Below, piece after piece: positions 28,604-38,123 of a stretch of DNA of 64,000 bases; the first letter of the stretch is position 1, and each line of letters begins with the position of its first letter. Source of the DNA: a bacterium (GTDB lineage: Bacteria; Pseudomonadota; Alphaproteobacteria; Rs-D84); contig JAAVBP010000004.1 in the NCBI GenBank assembly GCA_014803525.1, positions 54,918 through 118,917 of the forward strand, written 5' to 3'. The position numbers and the translations under genes are program-made. Below the pieces are notes generated by a model, which saw only the letters and a program-made list of their open reading frames with translations, ran no database searches and had not been told where the DNA came from.

Positions 28604-31033
28604 TCATTCCCCGCTTGGGCTGCATACGCCATTTTTCAAACTATATCCCGACTTACAAACACAAATACCGGTTGTCGGATTACGTTCCATATTTTTACCA
28701 CCGCACTTTTGCACACATGAACTACCAAATACCTCGTATCCAACTTTACATCTGCAATACTCATTGACATATGCGCTATAGACATCAGTCGATGTTATTA
28801 TTCTGTCGCCAGAATAAATAGTCGACCAAAACAGATCCTTGGACCAGCCCGTTATACCAACACCCGTTAAGTGGATTGGGGTACACGTCATATCATTGCT
28901 TCGCGCCCTTTCAGGGGAACAAGTACTACCGTCGTTTTCTATAAGTTCCAATACCTCTGTACGTGATTTTGATACATATTCCGAATTTTCTGGGCACAGC
29001 ATAGATTGATAGAATATCTTGGACACTTCTTCGATATAACATTGTGGTGAATCATCAGTATATCCATCCATTTCACAACTGTTGTTATCATATATCGCCA
29101 TACCACAGGTCAGTGCCACATTCCGGCATGCACCATTCATTACGTTTTTAATACTGGATGCCGCGGCCGACGTGGTCCATGTATTAATCTGGGTAACCTG
29201 TTGGTTATAACATGCGGCCACATCCAACATACAATTGGACGCATAATCAGAAATAATTTTTTCCTGGCCCGATTTGATATTAACCATTGCACGCTGGATA
29301 TAATTTACAACAATGTCATTATATTTATTATAGTTACCGTTGCTGTCATACGTGTAACGCTGACACTTGTCCAAAACGGCACGGCACAATCCCCCGTCGG
29401 TGGATTTGGCGCCGGTTCCGATTTTTTGTAACAAATATGCAACCGTGCACGATCCGTTTCCAACATTTTTTACATACGTTCCTTTATCATTTTCAGAGGA
29501 ACCAACAGTACCATCTGTATATGCTGTCAGAGTATTACCATTCTGGTATACAGGATATGGCTTGCAAGTGTTATCCGATATCAACAGCCCAGCAGCATCG
29601 GTTAAGAATTTTGTATTTATTTGTGAATTATCATACGCGTACATCAAATCACGGATATTGGTTACGTCCATCCCCAGAACAACTTCGCCATTTTCGTCGA
29701 TATACTTTTTGGTCGGATCCAGACACTTTTCATAATTTTCACCACAAACCATTTCGTCGGTCATGCACGCATCCAATGCGGCAATACAACCCTTGGCATC
29801 ATATTCGTTTTTATTTTGCAACACGGCCAGTCGCGCCTTTTGCAGCATTAAATTCGCACTGCGTACATTCGACACCAATGTTTCATTCATTTTGTTCAAA
29901 CCGGCCTCGTACGCGATACAATCGCGATCAATCGCCAGGTCGTAATTTGATGTAATCTGATCCTTGGTCGCGCCGGCGTCTTTGCATTGTGTCAGAATTG
30001 AATTGCAACGCTTTTTCGCCGCGTTATATAATTCGGTCCCACGCAGGTTTGAAATACTGCTGCTGTTGTTATTTAAAAAATCCAAACTAAACAAATCCGA
30101 CGAATCAGAAAAATCCAGATTCATATCCATCAAGGATATTCCATCCGTACCGGCAACACTGCTGGTGGAACTGGATGGATCTTTGATTAATGCCGCAATA
30201 TCGTCCAGCATGCTGCGTGTTTCCGATGTATCACGCGAACCAGACAGTGCCTCTTCTGCCTCGGTCGCGGACATGATCGCACTGATTTCATCCGCAGACA
30301 GGCCAACATAACGAATACGCTGGGCCACGTCATTTAATTGCGAATTCGCATCCTTGACCGCGGTTTCAACCTTGGTATAACGGGATAAATTGGCACTGCA
30401 TGAACAGCGCTTTTGATTTGAATCAACAACGGCACAAAATTGATCCATGCAATCGTTATACTGTTCTTGGCAAGACTTGTTCAATTCGGCTGTTTGTTCA
30501 AGACGCTCTTTGGCCTCTGAAATTGTTTCGCGTTGATTTTTTGCGGTACCCGCGCGCGACTGTAATGCACGCACAGAATTCCCGACATTTGATCCCGTCT
30601 GAACACCGGTATTACCAATTGTGGCGCGACCGCCAACCTCGGCCGTGGATGGGCGCAGTGTCAATCCCGCACGCCGCACCGGCGCCGTATTATTAATCGA
30701 TGATGCCGCACGCGTGGAATTACGGCCAACTGTATTCGTCGCCGCATCCAAACCGGTACGCGAGGATGATACATTTGCGGTCGTGCCACGGGCCGCGGTT
30801 GCGCGTGATGACACGGTTCCGGTGCCTGATGTTGACGTGGCGGTTGCATTGGAACGCGTTGCACGCGACACCGCGCTGCGCGATGCATCGCCGTCCCCAC
30901 GCGTCGATGTTGATGTGGCGGTGGTATCCGCGGTGGCGTTTGAATTTCCCGACGGTAACGCACGCGACGCCGTGGCGCCACTGGCACCAGACATAACAAA
31001 AACTGATAAAATATATGCAATCAGCCTTTTCAT
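28604..31033 (-). CDS. large secreted Cys-rich protein with an S/T/A/R-rich low-complexity N-terminal region
   Basis: Signal peptide MKRLIAYILSVFVMSGASGA; about 170 aa of low complexity; then a Cys-rich globular region of about 600 aa. Confidence 0.6.
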   Translation of the reverse strand: MKRLIAYILSVFVMSGASGATASRALPSGNSNATADTTATSTSTRGDGDASRSAVSRATRSNATATSTSGTGTVSSRATAARGTTANVSSSRTGLDAATNTVGRNSTRAASSINNTAPVRRAGLTLRPSTAEVGGRATIGNTGVQTGSNVGNSVRALQSRAGTAKNQRETISEAKERLEQTAELNKSCQEQYNDCMDQFCAVVDSNQKRCSCSANLSRYTKVETAVKDANSQLNDVAQRIRYVGLSADEISAIMSATEAEEALSGSRDTSETRSMLDDIAALIKDPSSSTSSVAGTDGISLMDMNLDFSDSSDLFSLDFLNNNSSSISNLRGTELYNAAKKRCNSILTQCKDAGATKDQITSNYDLAIDRDCIAYEAGLNKMNETLVSNVRSANLMLQKARLAVLQNKNEYDAKGCIAALDACMTDEMVCGENYEKCLDPTKKYIDENGEVVLGMDVTNIRDLMYAYDNSQINTKFLTDAAGLLISDNTCKPYPVYQNGNTLTAYTDGTVGSSENDKGTYVKNVGNGSCTVAYLLQKIGTGAKSTDGGLCRAVLDKCQRYTYDSNGNYNKYNDIVVNYIQRAMVNIKSGQEKIISDYASNCMLDVAACYNQQVTQINTWTTSAAASSIKNVMNGACRNVALTCGMAIYDNNSCEMDGYTDDSPQCYIEEVSKIFYQSMLCPENSEYVSKSRTEVLELIENDGSTCSPERARSNDMTCTPIHLTGVGITGWSKDLFWSTIYSGDRIITSTDVYSAYVNEYCRCKVGYEVFGSSCVQKCGGKNMERNPTTGICVCKSGYSLKNGVCSPSGE

Positions 31034-31118
31034 TCCTGATATTTATTATACCACAACGTAACAGCACAAAAAAGGCCAAAATAAACACCGCCCCGTTTTT
31101 ATTCGGGGCGGCGCATAA

Positions 31119-31847
31119 TCAGAACAATATATTTAATTTCAAACCAACCTGAAATTCGCTGTCTTCGAATTCATAATCGACATGCCCGATATATTGCGTG
31201 CGACCATATTGGCGAATAATCTGTCCGTTTATCCATTCCTGGTCAAAGTCCGGATTGGTGGACTTTCGCAAATCCGCCCCCAGCCCCAGACGCCACGCGG
31301 CACGCAATCTAAAATAAACCTCTGGTATGAAATCAATGTATGACATGCCACGGTCATCATCGAAAATCCAACTGGACTTTACCGTACCGGCCAATGTCAT
31401 TGTATCATATTCGCGCCCGAAACGCAGACCCGCATAATATGTTGAATCTGCAAACCATGGGGTGCGCACACGTGATGAACCGCCAAACTTAAAACCAAAC
31501 AAAACATCGGATATGATACGCACATCATTGTCCGCCGCGGTCATCATGCGATATTTTCCGCCCAAATCAAAGCTTGAGAAACCGTCTTCACCACCCGCAA
31601 AATCATTTTGATAATGCAGCGAAATTCCCATATTAAACCGATCGGTAAACCCGTACGACAATGCCTGGCCCAGGCGCAAAATACTGTCGTAATATGCAAC
31701 GTTTGATGTCGATAAAATATCACCCCGCCCGTTCATATATAACGGATCCGATGTATCATATTCTGCAACATTTGCGTGCGCCGACACCACCGCACCAGAC
31801 ATGACAACCGCCGCCGCGGCCGCCATAAATATTTTTTTGAACCACAT
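31119..31847 (-). CDS. outer-membrane beta-barrel protein (OMP1)
   Basis: Signal peptide; alternating hydrophobic pattern; C-terminal ...NILF. Confidence 0.6.
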   Translation of the reverse strand: MWFKKIFMAAAAAVVMSGAVVSAHANVAEYDTSDPLYMNGRGDILSTSNVAYYDSILRLGQALSYGFTDRFNMGISLHYQNDFAGGEDGFSSFDLGGKYRMMTAADNDVRIISDVLFGFKFGGSSRVRTPWFADSTYYAGLRFGREYDTMTLAGTVKSSWIFDDDRGMSYIDFIPEVYFRLRAAWRLGLGADLRKSTNPDFDQEWINGQIIRQYGRTQYIGHVDYEFEDSEFQVGLKLNILF

Positions 31848-31874
31848 TTTTATTTACCCCCGCATTATAAACAC

Positions 31875-31907
31875 GCGCCACACCCCGGATTAATCCGGGG
31901 GGCGCGC
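31875..31907 (-). terminator. GC-rich hairpin between OMP2 and OMP1
   Basis: cgcgccacaccccggattaatccggggggcgcg nested stem. Confidence 0.45.
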
Positions 31908-31919
31908 ACATGACCAACT

Positions 31920-33188
31920 TTAGAACTGGAATATTGCCTGCAGACCAATGGTCGTTTCCTTGTAATCGGATAATTTGGCATCACCCTGCTTCATCCATCC
32001 GTTTACATAGGCCGCATCCTCTTCGGACCAATAACCATATGCCCAGTATCCCAATTTTTTATCATCCGCACTGTCATAGAACGCGGTCTTGGCATACAGG
32101 TTCAATGCAAACCAATCATTGGGCTGCCAACCGATGGCACCCTTGATCGACGCCTGGTTGTGCCAGTCATAATCGCCAAACACCGCCTCCAGATTCAATG
32201 TCCAATCTTCGTCCAGAACAGTGAACGCACCGATACCACCTTCGACATAGAACACATTGTCGACATCCGTATCATACGCGATAAAGATAGATGCCTCGTT
32301 TCCTTCTTCGGTCGTTCCGGTTATACCATTACCATATGAATTACCGTCAAAGTCAACATACCACCCGCGCAGTACGCCATATATTGTGCTGCGTGAAACT
32401 TTGTATCCCCCCTTTAGATCCAGGATATAACTGTTGGCAATATCTTTTTGATGTTGGAAATATCCGGACAATGTTCCAATCCATTTTGCATCGTCGATAA
32501 AGCGCCACTGGGCACCCAACCCCCACAGGTTCAGACCATTGTCATCCATTTTATCATCCGGCGCGGTCGACCAATCGAATTTGTATTTTGTTGAATCATA
32601 CTTTGCCATCGCAATAACTGCCAAACGATCTGTGATACCATAGCTGAAATCTTCTTTGATCGAAAACGCCTTGGCATCCCATTTGGCACGTGTATCGGAA
32701 ATCGTTATACCTTCGGCCGGGGTTAATGCAATGTCATACGAATTCATGTCATAAGATAAATCGGTGACCGAACCGAACTTGCCCTTTAACGGTTGAAAGA
32801 ACGGATGCGCCAAATAATATTTACGTTTCAGTTCGCTGCGTACGGTTTCGGCACGGGTTGTGCGAACATTGCGTGAAGTTGTGGTTGTCGTCGCCGAAGT
32901 ATACGCCGAAGTCCCCAGACGGGTATTGCTGTCGTACTGTTTGTACATGGCGCTGCGCGAACTTGGCTGTGAATAATACAAATCACCCGCATCACGTGAC
33001 TGATATGTCGTGGTTGTGCTGCGCGTCTGATACTTTTGATAATTGACATTATCGCGACTGCGCATGGCCGGCGCACCAGTTAAATCCGCACTGGATGCCG
33101 CGCGCGGACGAACATTTGTTGCGGCCCAAACCGGGCTTAACCCCAATACAGCCGCCGCCCATACAAATAAAGACATCTGCTTTTTCAT
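31920..33188 (-). CDS. outer-membrane beta-barrel protein / porin-like (OMP2)
   Basis: Start at the internal Met (MKKQMSLFVWAAAVLGLSPVWA); Tyr/Gln/Thr-rich N-terminal region; C-terminal ...LQAIFQF. Confidence 0.6.
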   Translation of the reverse strand: MKKQMSLFVWAAAVLGLSPVWAATNVRPRAASSADLTGAPAMRSRDNVNYQKYQTRSTTTTYQSRDAGDLYYSQPSSRSAMYKQYDSNTRLGTSAYTSATTTTTSRNVRTTRAETVRSELKRKYYLAHPFFQPLKGKFGSVTDLSYDMNSYDIALTPAEGITISDTRAKWDAKAFSIKEDFSYGITDRLAVIAMAKYDSTKYKFDWSTAPDDKMDDNGLNLWGLGAQWRFIDDAKWIGTLSGYFQHQKDIANSYILDLKGGYKVSRSTIYGVLRGWYVDFDGNSYGNGITGTTEEGNEASIFIAYDTDVDNVFYVEGGIGAFTVLDEDWTLNLEAVFGDYDWHNQASIKGAIGWQPNDWFALNLYAKTAFYDSADDKKLGYWAYGYWSEEDAAYVNGWMKQGDAKLSDYKETTIGLQAIFQF

Positions 33189-33262
33189 GATTTTATTTCT
33201 CCTTTTGGCTTGGATTATATCACAAAAAGGTAACCCAAAAAAGCATAAAGTAATTCGTACAT

Positions 33263-33850
33263 CTAAAACAGATATCCGATCGCGACCCCGGCGCGACTGT
33301 GACGCGCAGATATTTTTACCGGCACGTCCGATATACTGTAACGCAGGCGCGCACGCGACCATATCTCATATATTTTTATAAACGTATTGGCCGATATGTT
33401 TATCCGCATGCCAATGCCGCCACCATATATAAACCCGCGGTCATGAAAATGCGCGTCATCAAACTTTACGTCCGTAATGCCAATTTCCCCGATTGCATAC
33501 GGTGTGATGGCAAACGGTAAAATCGGCATTTCCAAGATGGACGTAATATTGCGCATACGCATTCCATCCACATCACGCCAAGACACATTTGCACCAACAG
33601 CAACACCATAAACATCAATTCCGGCAGTGATATTCGGCGCATCAAATTTGTATTTTTGTGTTTCGTTAAATTTATATCCCATTACATCTATTTTTGCGTG
33701 CGTTTTGGCACGAATATCAAATCCGGTGGATATGTAAAAGTAATTATCCTTATGCTCTGTTATACAATCTGAATATATTTCGATTATTTCATCCGCATAT
33801 GCCATGCCACTTATCAGCCCCAGCGTTAATGCGATTGCTGCCTTACGCAT
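33263..33850 (-). CDS. small outer-membrane beta-barrel protein (OMP3)
   Basis: Start MRKAAIALTLGLISGMAYA; C-terminal ...AIGYLF. Confidence 0.55.
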   Translation of the reverse strand: MRKAAIALTLGLISGMAYADEIIEIYSDCITEHKDNYFYISTGFDIRAKTHAKIDVMGYKFNETQKYKFDAPNITAGIDVYGVAVGANVSWRDVDGMRMRNITSILEMPILPFAITPYAIGEIGITDVKFDDAHFHDRGFIYGGGIGMRINISANTFIKIYEIWSRARLRYSISDVPVKISARHSRAGVAIGYLF

Positions 33851-34035
33851 ATTTGCCCCCATTGTTACAATCAAACAAAAAACCACTGGAAACAAATTTC
33901 AAGTGGTTGGAGGTTAAGAACAACCTAGGGATTGCCCACCTTATTCAGATATATCGGTGGCCTCCAACCGTGGTTGGAAAAAATGCGCCTGCGTCCGTAC
34001 CAGACGCACCCTAGGATATCGAGGTTCTTAAGCCC
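33851..34035 (-). promoter_or_regulatory. structured leader element, variant copy B1, upstream of OMP3
   Basis: GGTTGGAGG...CCTCCAACC helix, outer helix TAAGAAC/GTTCTTA, inserted tgcgtc...gacgca hairpin, ccact...agtgg + T-run terminator, then Shine-Dalgarno. Confidence 0.5.
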
Positions 34036-34057
34036 CTTTTACCTTTGTAACAAGGAT

Positions 34058-34273
34058 TCAAATATACCTTGCATTATATAATGTTGTTTGAATAAATTCA
34101 AACGCAAAAATACAACGCCCGTCCAAAATTTGAACGGGACTGGAGTCAGCTATTGCACGGTAAGATGCAAGCGATTTATTGTTATTATTCATCACCATCC
34201 AGTCCCATTTGGGATGGATGTATGAATTTCGCACATACGGGCGCTTACCGGGCCTGGATAGCTGATCCAGCAT
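34058..34273 (-). CDS. small hypothetical protein (71 aa) with its own promoter and a strong Shine-Dalgarno
   Basis: Upstream on the minus strand: TTGCAA, 17-nt spacer, TACTAT, then AAGGAG 6 nt before the ATG. Confidence 0.35.
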   Translation of the reverse strand: MLDQLSRPGKRPYVRNSYIHPKWDWMVMNNNNKSLASYRAIADSSPVQILDGRCIFAFEFIQTTLYNARYI

Positions 34274-34289
34274 AATAAGTCTCCTTACT

Positions 34290-34740
34290 ACAAAGGTAAT
34301 AGTATCCTAAAAAAATCCAAATTGCAAATATTAACTGGATTGCCCCGCCTGCGTTCCTTTTGTCACTCCCGCGGCGGCGGGAGTGGGTCTATTAAATTTT
34401 AATGGTTTTATCTGCACAATTTAACGCAATCGTTTTGTAATAACTTTATAGACCCTATTCCCGTTCTTTGAAAAACAATTATCAATTGTTTTTCAAATTC
34501 AGTGCGGGAATGACAAATTTGCCACCCCCCGATGGCTGGCGCCATCACCCCCCGCCCACGGCGGTGGGAATTAATACATTCCACACTCGGACGAATTGCC
34601 CCCGCCTGGGCGGGGGCTGGCAGTCGATAGACTGACTGGGGGTGGCCTGTTACGTACCCCGCGACACTTGCCACCCCCCGGTGCTACGCACCACCCCCCG
34701 CCCGCGGCGGTGGGCATTAGTATATTGCAAGCACAAATAA
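34290..34740. repeat. cluster of GC-rich palindromic repeat modules
   Basis: Same module set as 1735-2030 and 48076-48560, plus modules tttgtcactcccgcggcggcgggagtgggtctatt and tttatagaccctattcccgttctttgaaaaacaattatcaattgtttttcaaattcagtgcgggaatgacaa (the latter also at 54365-54440). Confidence 0.65.
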
Positions 34741-34799
34741 CTTTTTCACTATATCGCTGCCCCTGCCTGTACTAGGCTCAGATTAAAGTTCTCCTCCGG

Positions 34800-35095
34800 C
34801 GGAGGAGAACTTGGACCGTTCGCCGGACTCCTGAAAATTTATTAGAATGATACAGATGCACGAAAAATGGGTTGCAAAAAAACAAAGCTCGTTTACCGGG
34901 CTCTCGTAAAATAATTAGAATGATGTAGATATGTGAAATTCCGGCAACGTAGTGTACAAGACGTACATGAGTTACAAAAATAAAGCCCGTTCGCTAGACT
35001 CCTGAAAATTTATTAGAATGATACAGATGCACGAAAAATGGGTTGCGTAGTGTATTGGACATACATGAGCAACCCATTTTACGCGCAGATGCGTT
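34800..35095. repeat. tandem direct repeat, unit about 90 bp in three diverged copies with an about 180 bp period, ending in a 12-bp-stem hairpin
   Basis: gactcctgaaaatttattagaatgatacagatgcacgaaaaatgggttgc occurs at about 34817 and about 34997 with a diverged copy between; terminal hairpin aaaatgggttgc...gcaacccatttt. Confidence 0.6.
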
Positions 35096-35096
35096 A

Positions 35097-37358
35097 TTAT
35101 AATAAATTTCTTTTGTTGTTTGCGTCCGGCGCCGACACAATCCCATCCGCCTCCATCCGTTCGATAAAGGTCGCGGCCTTGTTATAACCAATGCCAAGGC
35201 GCCGCTGCAGATATGAAATTGTCGGCTTTTTATCACGGATAACGATTTCTTTGGCCTGTTCATACAGGTCGGCATTTTTATCCGCGCGAATTTCGGCGGC
35301 CGATGGCGCGGGCGCTGCGGTGGCGGGTTCTTCTTCGCCCTCGGTCACGCCGGCGGCATATTCGGGCGCACCCTGGGCGCGCAGGAAATCGCCAATCGTA
35401 TTTAATTCGGCGTCTGATATAAATGCGCCGTGGATACGCACGGGAACGCGTCCGGCCTCGCTAAACAACATGTCACCACAGGCCAGCAGGTTTTCCGCCC
35501 CACCCTCGCCCAATGTTGTGCGGGAATCGATATTGCTGCGCGCCTGGAATGAAATACGTGTCGGGAAATTCGCCTTGATAACGCCGGTGATTGTTGTCGC
35601 GTCCGGACGCTGGGTCGCCATAACCAGGTGAATACCCGCCGCGCGCGCCTTTTGCGCGATACGCTGGACACAGGCTTCGACCTCTTTACGGGCCAGTGCC
35701 ATCAGGTCGGCAACCTCGTCAATAATAATGACGATATACGGCATGTCGTTAATCTCAACCTCTTGCGTTTCGAATAATAACTCACCGGTAACCTCGTCCG
35801 TACCGACGGCAACCTGGCGCGTTATTTTTTCGCCCGACGCGCGTTTGGCAGCGGCCGCCTCGTTATAACTTTCGATATTGCGCGCATCCAAAACCTGTAA
35901 TTGTTTATAACGCTCTTCCATTTCGCGCACCGCCCATTTCAGTGCATTTACCGCCGCCGCCGGATCCAGTTTTACAATCGGCGTAATCAGATGCGGCACA
36001 TCATCCCAGAATCCAAAGTCAACACCCTTAGGATCAATAATAATCAGTTTACACTTATCCGGTGTAAAGTGATAAACGATGGATGTAATAATTGATTGAA
36101 CAAATACAGACTTACCCGAACCCGTACGCCCCGCAACCAACATGTGCGGCATTTTCGCCAAATCGAAATACATCGGATTTCCGCCAATATCCACACCCAA
36201 TGCCAATGGAATTTTATACTTAGAATTTACAAACGTCGGGTTTTCAACCAATTCGCGATAACGCACGGTTTGCGTTGTTAAATTCACCATTTCCACACCG
36301 ATAAAGTTCGTGCGTGGAATATGCGCAATACGCATGTTTTCGGTCGCCATGGCGCGGGTCATATCCTTGACCGTTTCGGTGATTTTCGCAATGCGCATAC
36401 CGGTATCAGGCTCAAATTCATACAACGTCACAATCGGTCCCGGTTTAATACCAACAACCTTGCCGTATACACCAAATTCTTCAAAGTGATCTTCCAATGA
36501 CGCGGCATTACGCTTTAATTCGGGCGTAATAACATTTTTACCAAATCCCGATTTTTCCAAAAATGCCGGATCCGGCAACTCATACGCACCAGTTGCGATT
36601 GCAACACTGCGACTGCGCGGGGCGCGGGCCTCTTTGGCGGGTGCCGGTACACTGGGTTCGGCGGCCACACGGCGACGGGACGTACGAATGCGCGATACAA
36701 CGGATTTTTCGCCCTTATCTTCTGTACCAACCACGACCACATCTTCTGTATCAGATGCCGGCATCGCGCCGCGGGTTAAATGGAACGCCGCCATCAGCCA
36801 ACGCAGCGCGCGCCACGCCCGCGCCAGGGCACTTTTCACATGCGACCATTTGATATGCAAAACAATGCCGCCCATAACAATAAACACGCACAAAAACAAA
36901 ATACCAAACAGAACTGTCCATCCGCCGACCAATGCGCTGATATCCGTCGCCACACATGCCCCAGCCAGCCCCCCAAACGTCGAAGACGGCACCAATAATC
37001 CAAAACCCGCCGCCCCCGCACATACGGCAATAAATCCTTTTAATAAATTATATTCGGGCGCACTATCATCCGACATATTCAGCATTAAAACAAAACCACG
37101 CCGCGCCACACACAGAAAAACAAATAACGCCGGCATAAATCCAATCAAGTAACGAACCACGCCAACAACATTTCCAATAATGCTTTGTGTTCCCATATTG
37201 CCGGCGGCCGCAAACCCGGTTAAATACGGATTATGAAACATTAATGCGAACGTCAACCATGCCCCCAGTCCCAATGTCACCGCACCAGCAACGCGCCACG
37301 CCAGTTTTTTCAGTGCCCCGGCAACACTGTCTGGTAAAAATTTTGATTGTTCGCTCAT
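35097..37358 (-). CDS. ftsK: DNA translocase FtsK
   Basis: N-terminal transmembrane region; Walker A motif GRTGSGKS; C-terminal gamma winged-helix (TISYLQRRLGIGYNKAA); start at the internal Met (MSEQSKF...). Confidence 0.9.
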   Translation of the reverse strand: MSEQSKFLPDSVAGALKKLAWRVAGAVTLGLGAWLTFALMFHNPYLTGFAAAGNMGTQSIIGNVVGVVRYLIGFMPALFVFLCVARRGFVLMLNMSDDSAPEYNLLKGFIAVCAGAAGFGLLVPSSTFGGLAGACVATDISALVGGWTVLFGILFLCVFIVMGGIVLHIKWSHVKSALARAWRALRWLMAAFHLTRGAMPASDTEDVVVVGTEDKGEKSVVSRIRTSRRRVAAEPSVPAPAKEARAPRSRSVAIATGAYELPDPAFLEKSGFGKNVITPELKRNAASLEDHFEEFGVYGKVVGIKPGPIVTLYEFEPDTGMRIAKITETVKDMTRAMATENMRIAHIPRTNFIGVEMVNLTTQTVRYRELVENPTFVNSKYKIPLALGVDIGGNPMYFDLAKMPHMLVAGRTGSGKSVFVQSIITSIVYHFTPDKCKLIIIDPKGVDFGFWDDVPHLITPIVKLDPAAAVNALKWAVREMEERYKQLQVLDARNIESYNEAAAAKRASGEKITRQVAVGTDEVTGELLFETQEVEINDMPYIVIIIDEVADLMALARKEVEACVQRIAQKARAAGIHLVMATQRPDATTITGVIKANFPTRISFQARSNIDSRTTLGEGGAENLLACGDMLFSEAGRVPVRIHGAFISDAELNTIGDFLRAQGAPEYAAGVTEGEEEPATAAPAPSAAEIRADKNADLYEQAKEIVIRDKKPTISYLQRRLGIGYNKAATFIERMEADGIVSAPDANNKRNLL

Positions 37359-37407
37359 ATGGCCCAGTATATCACAAAAATGCGTCCGAATGTATATAAA
37401 AACGGAA

Positions 37408-38103
37408 TTATTTCTGACACAGCGACATACGTGCCAATCCCCACTTGGTAATATCCGCCATGACCATACCGATAAACGCCCCCAGCAATACATCCGTCGG
37501 CCAATGATCACCAACACACACGCGCGCCACACCGATCAAAATAGCCAGTCCCCATGCAGGAACCTTAAACCGGGGGGCCAACATCCCCATCATAACCAAC
37601 GCCGCAAACGATATCGCGGTATGTCCAGACGGCATTGAATTAAACACCCATTCAAACGATGGTGGAAAAAATCCGGTCAGCCCAACCATCTCAAACAATA
37701 TTGGACGCGCGCGGCCAAGTGCGATCTTTAACACCTCTATTACCACACCCGTGGCCAAGATAGAGCAAAATATAAAAAACACATTACTATTCTTTGTTTT
37801 TTGCCAAAAATCACAAAAAAACGACCGAAGGCTAAACCCGTTTCTACATTCTCGACATCGAAAGTCTGATTTTACTGTTTTTTTAATATAAAGCCCCAGT
37901 ATTGCCAACGCAAATGCACCGGCCCAGATCTTATCGTCAAAAATCACACTTAAAACACGCCAAAATCTGCAATCAAATTGTCGCATAAACATCAAAACAG
38001 GCACGTCAAACCACAACAGCCCCGCCCCAATAACGGCCGCCATCACAACCGCGCCCACCAATAATCGCAACCATCTCATTTTATTATCAGACGTTAAAAA
38101 CAT
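37408..38103 (-). CDS. PAP2-family membrane phosphatase
   Basis: PSGH and GDHWPTDV acid-phosphatase motifs. Confidence 0.75.
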   Translation of the reverse strand: MFLTSDNKMRWLRLLVGAVVMAAVIGAGLLWFDVPVLMFMRQFDCRFWRVLSVIFDDKIWAGAFALAILGLYIKKTVKSDFRCRECRNGFSLRSFFCDFWQKTKNSNVFFIFCSILATGVVIEVLKIALGRARPILFEMVGLTGFFPPSFEWVFNSMPSGHTAISFAALVMMGMLAPRFKVPAWGLAILIGVARVCVGDHWPTDVLLGAFIGMVMADITKWGLARMSLCQK

Positions 38104-38123
38104 GTTACATCCCTATGTTAAAA

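Noticed and set aside
29201-31061. Several 100-220-aa plus-strand ORFs over 29200-31061
   Set aside because: They are antisense to the 809-aa secreted-protein gene and produce His/Arg/Pro-rich shadow translations.
34408-34674. 88-aa ORF, and a similar ORF at 54356..54562, sharing the peptide CHSRTEFEKQLIIVFQRTGIGSI
   Set aside because: Both read straight through copies of the tttatagaccctattcccg...gaatgacaa repeat module, so the shared peptide is an artefact of translating a non-coding repeat.
34800-35095. Possible CRISPR array
   Set aside because: Only 2-3 repeat copies with an about 180-bp period. The repeats are long and diverged, there are no short regular spacers, and no cas genes occur in the window.
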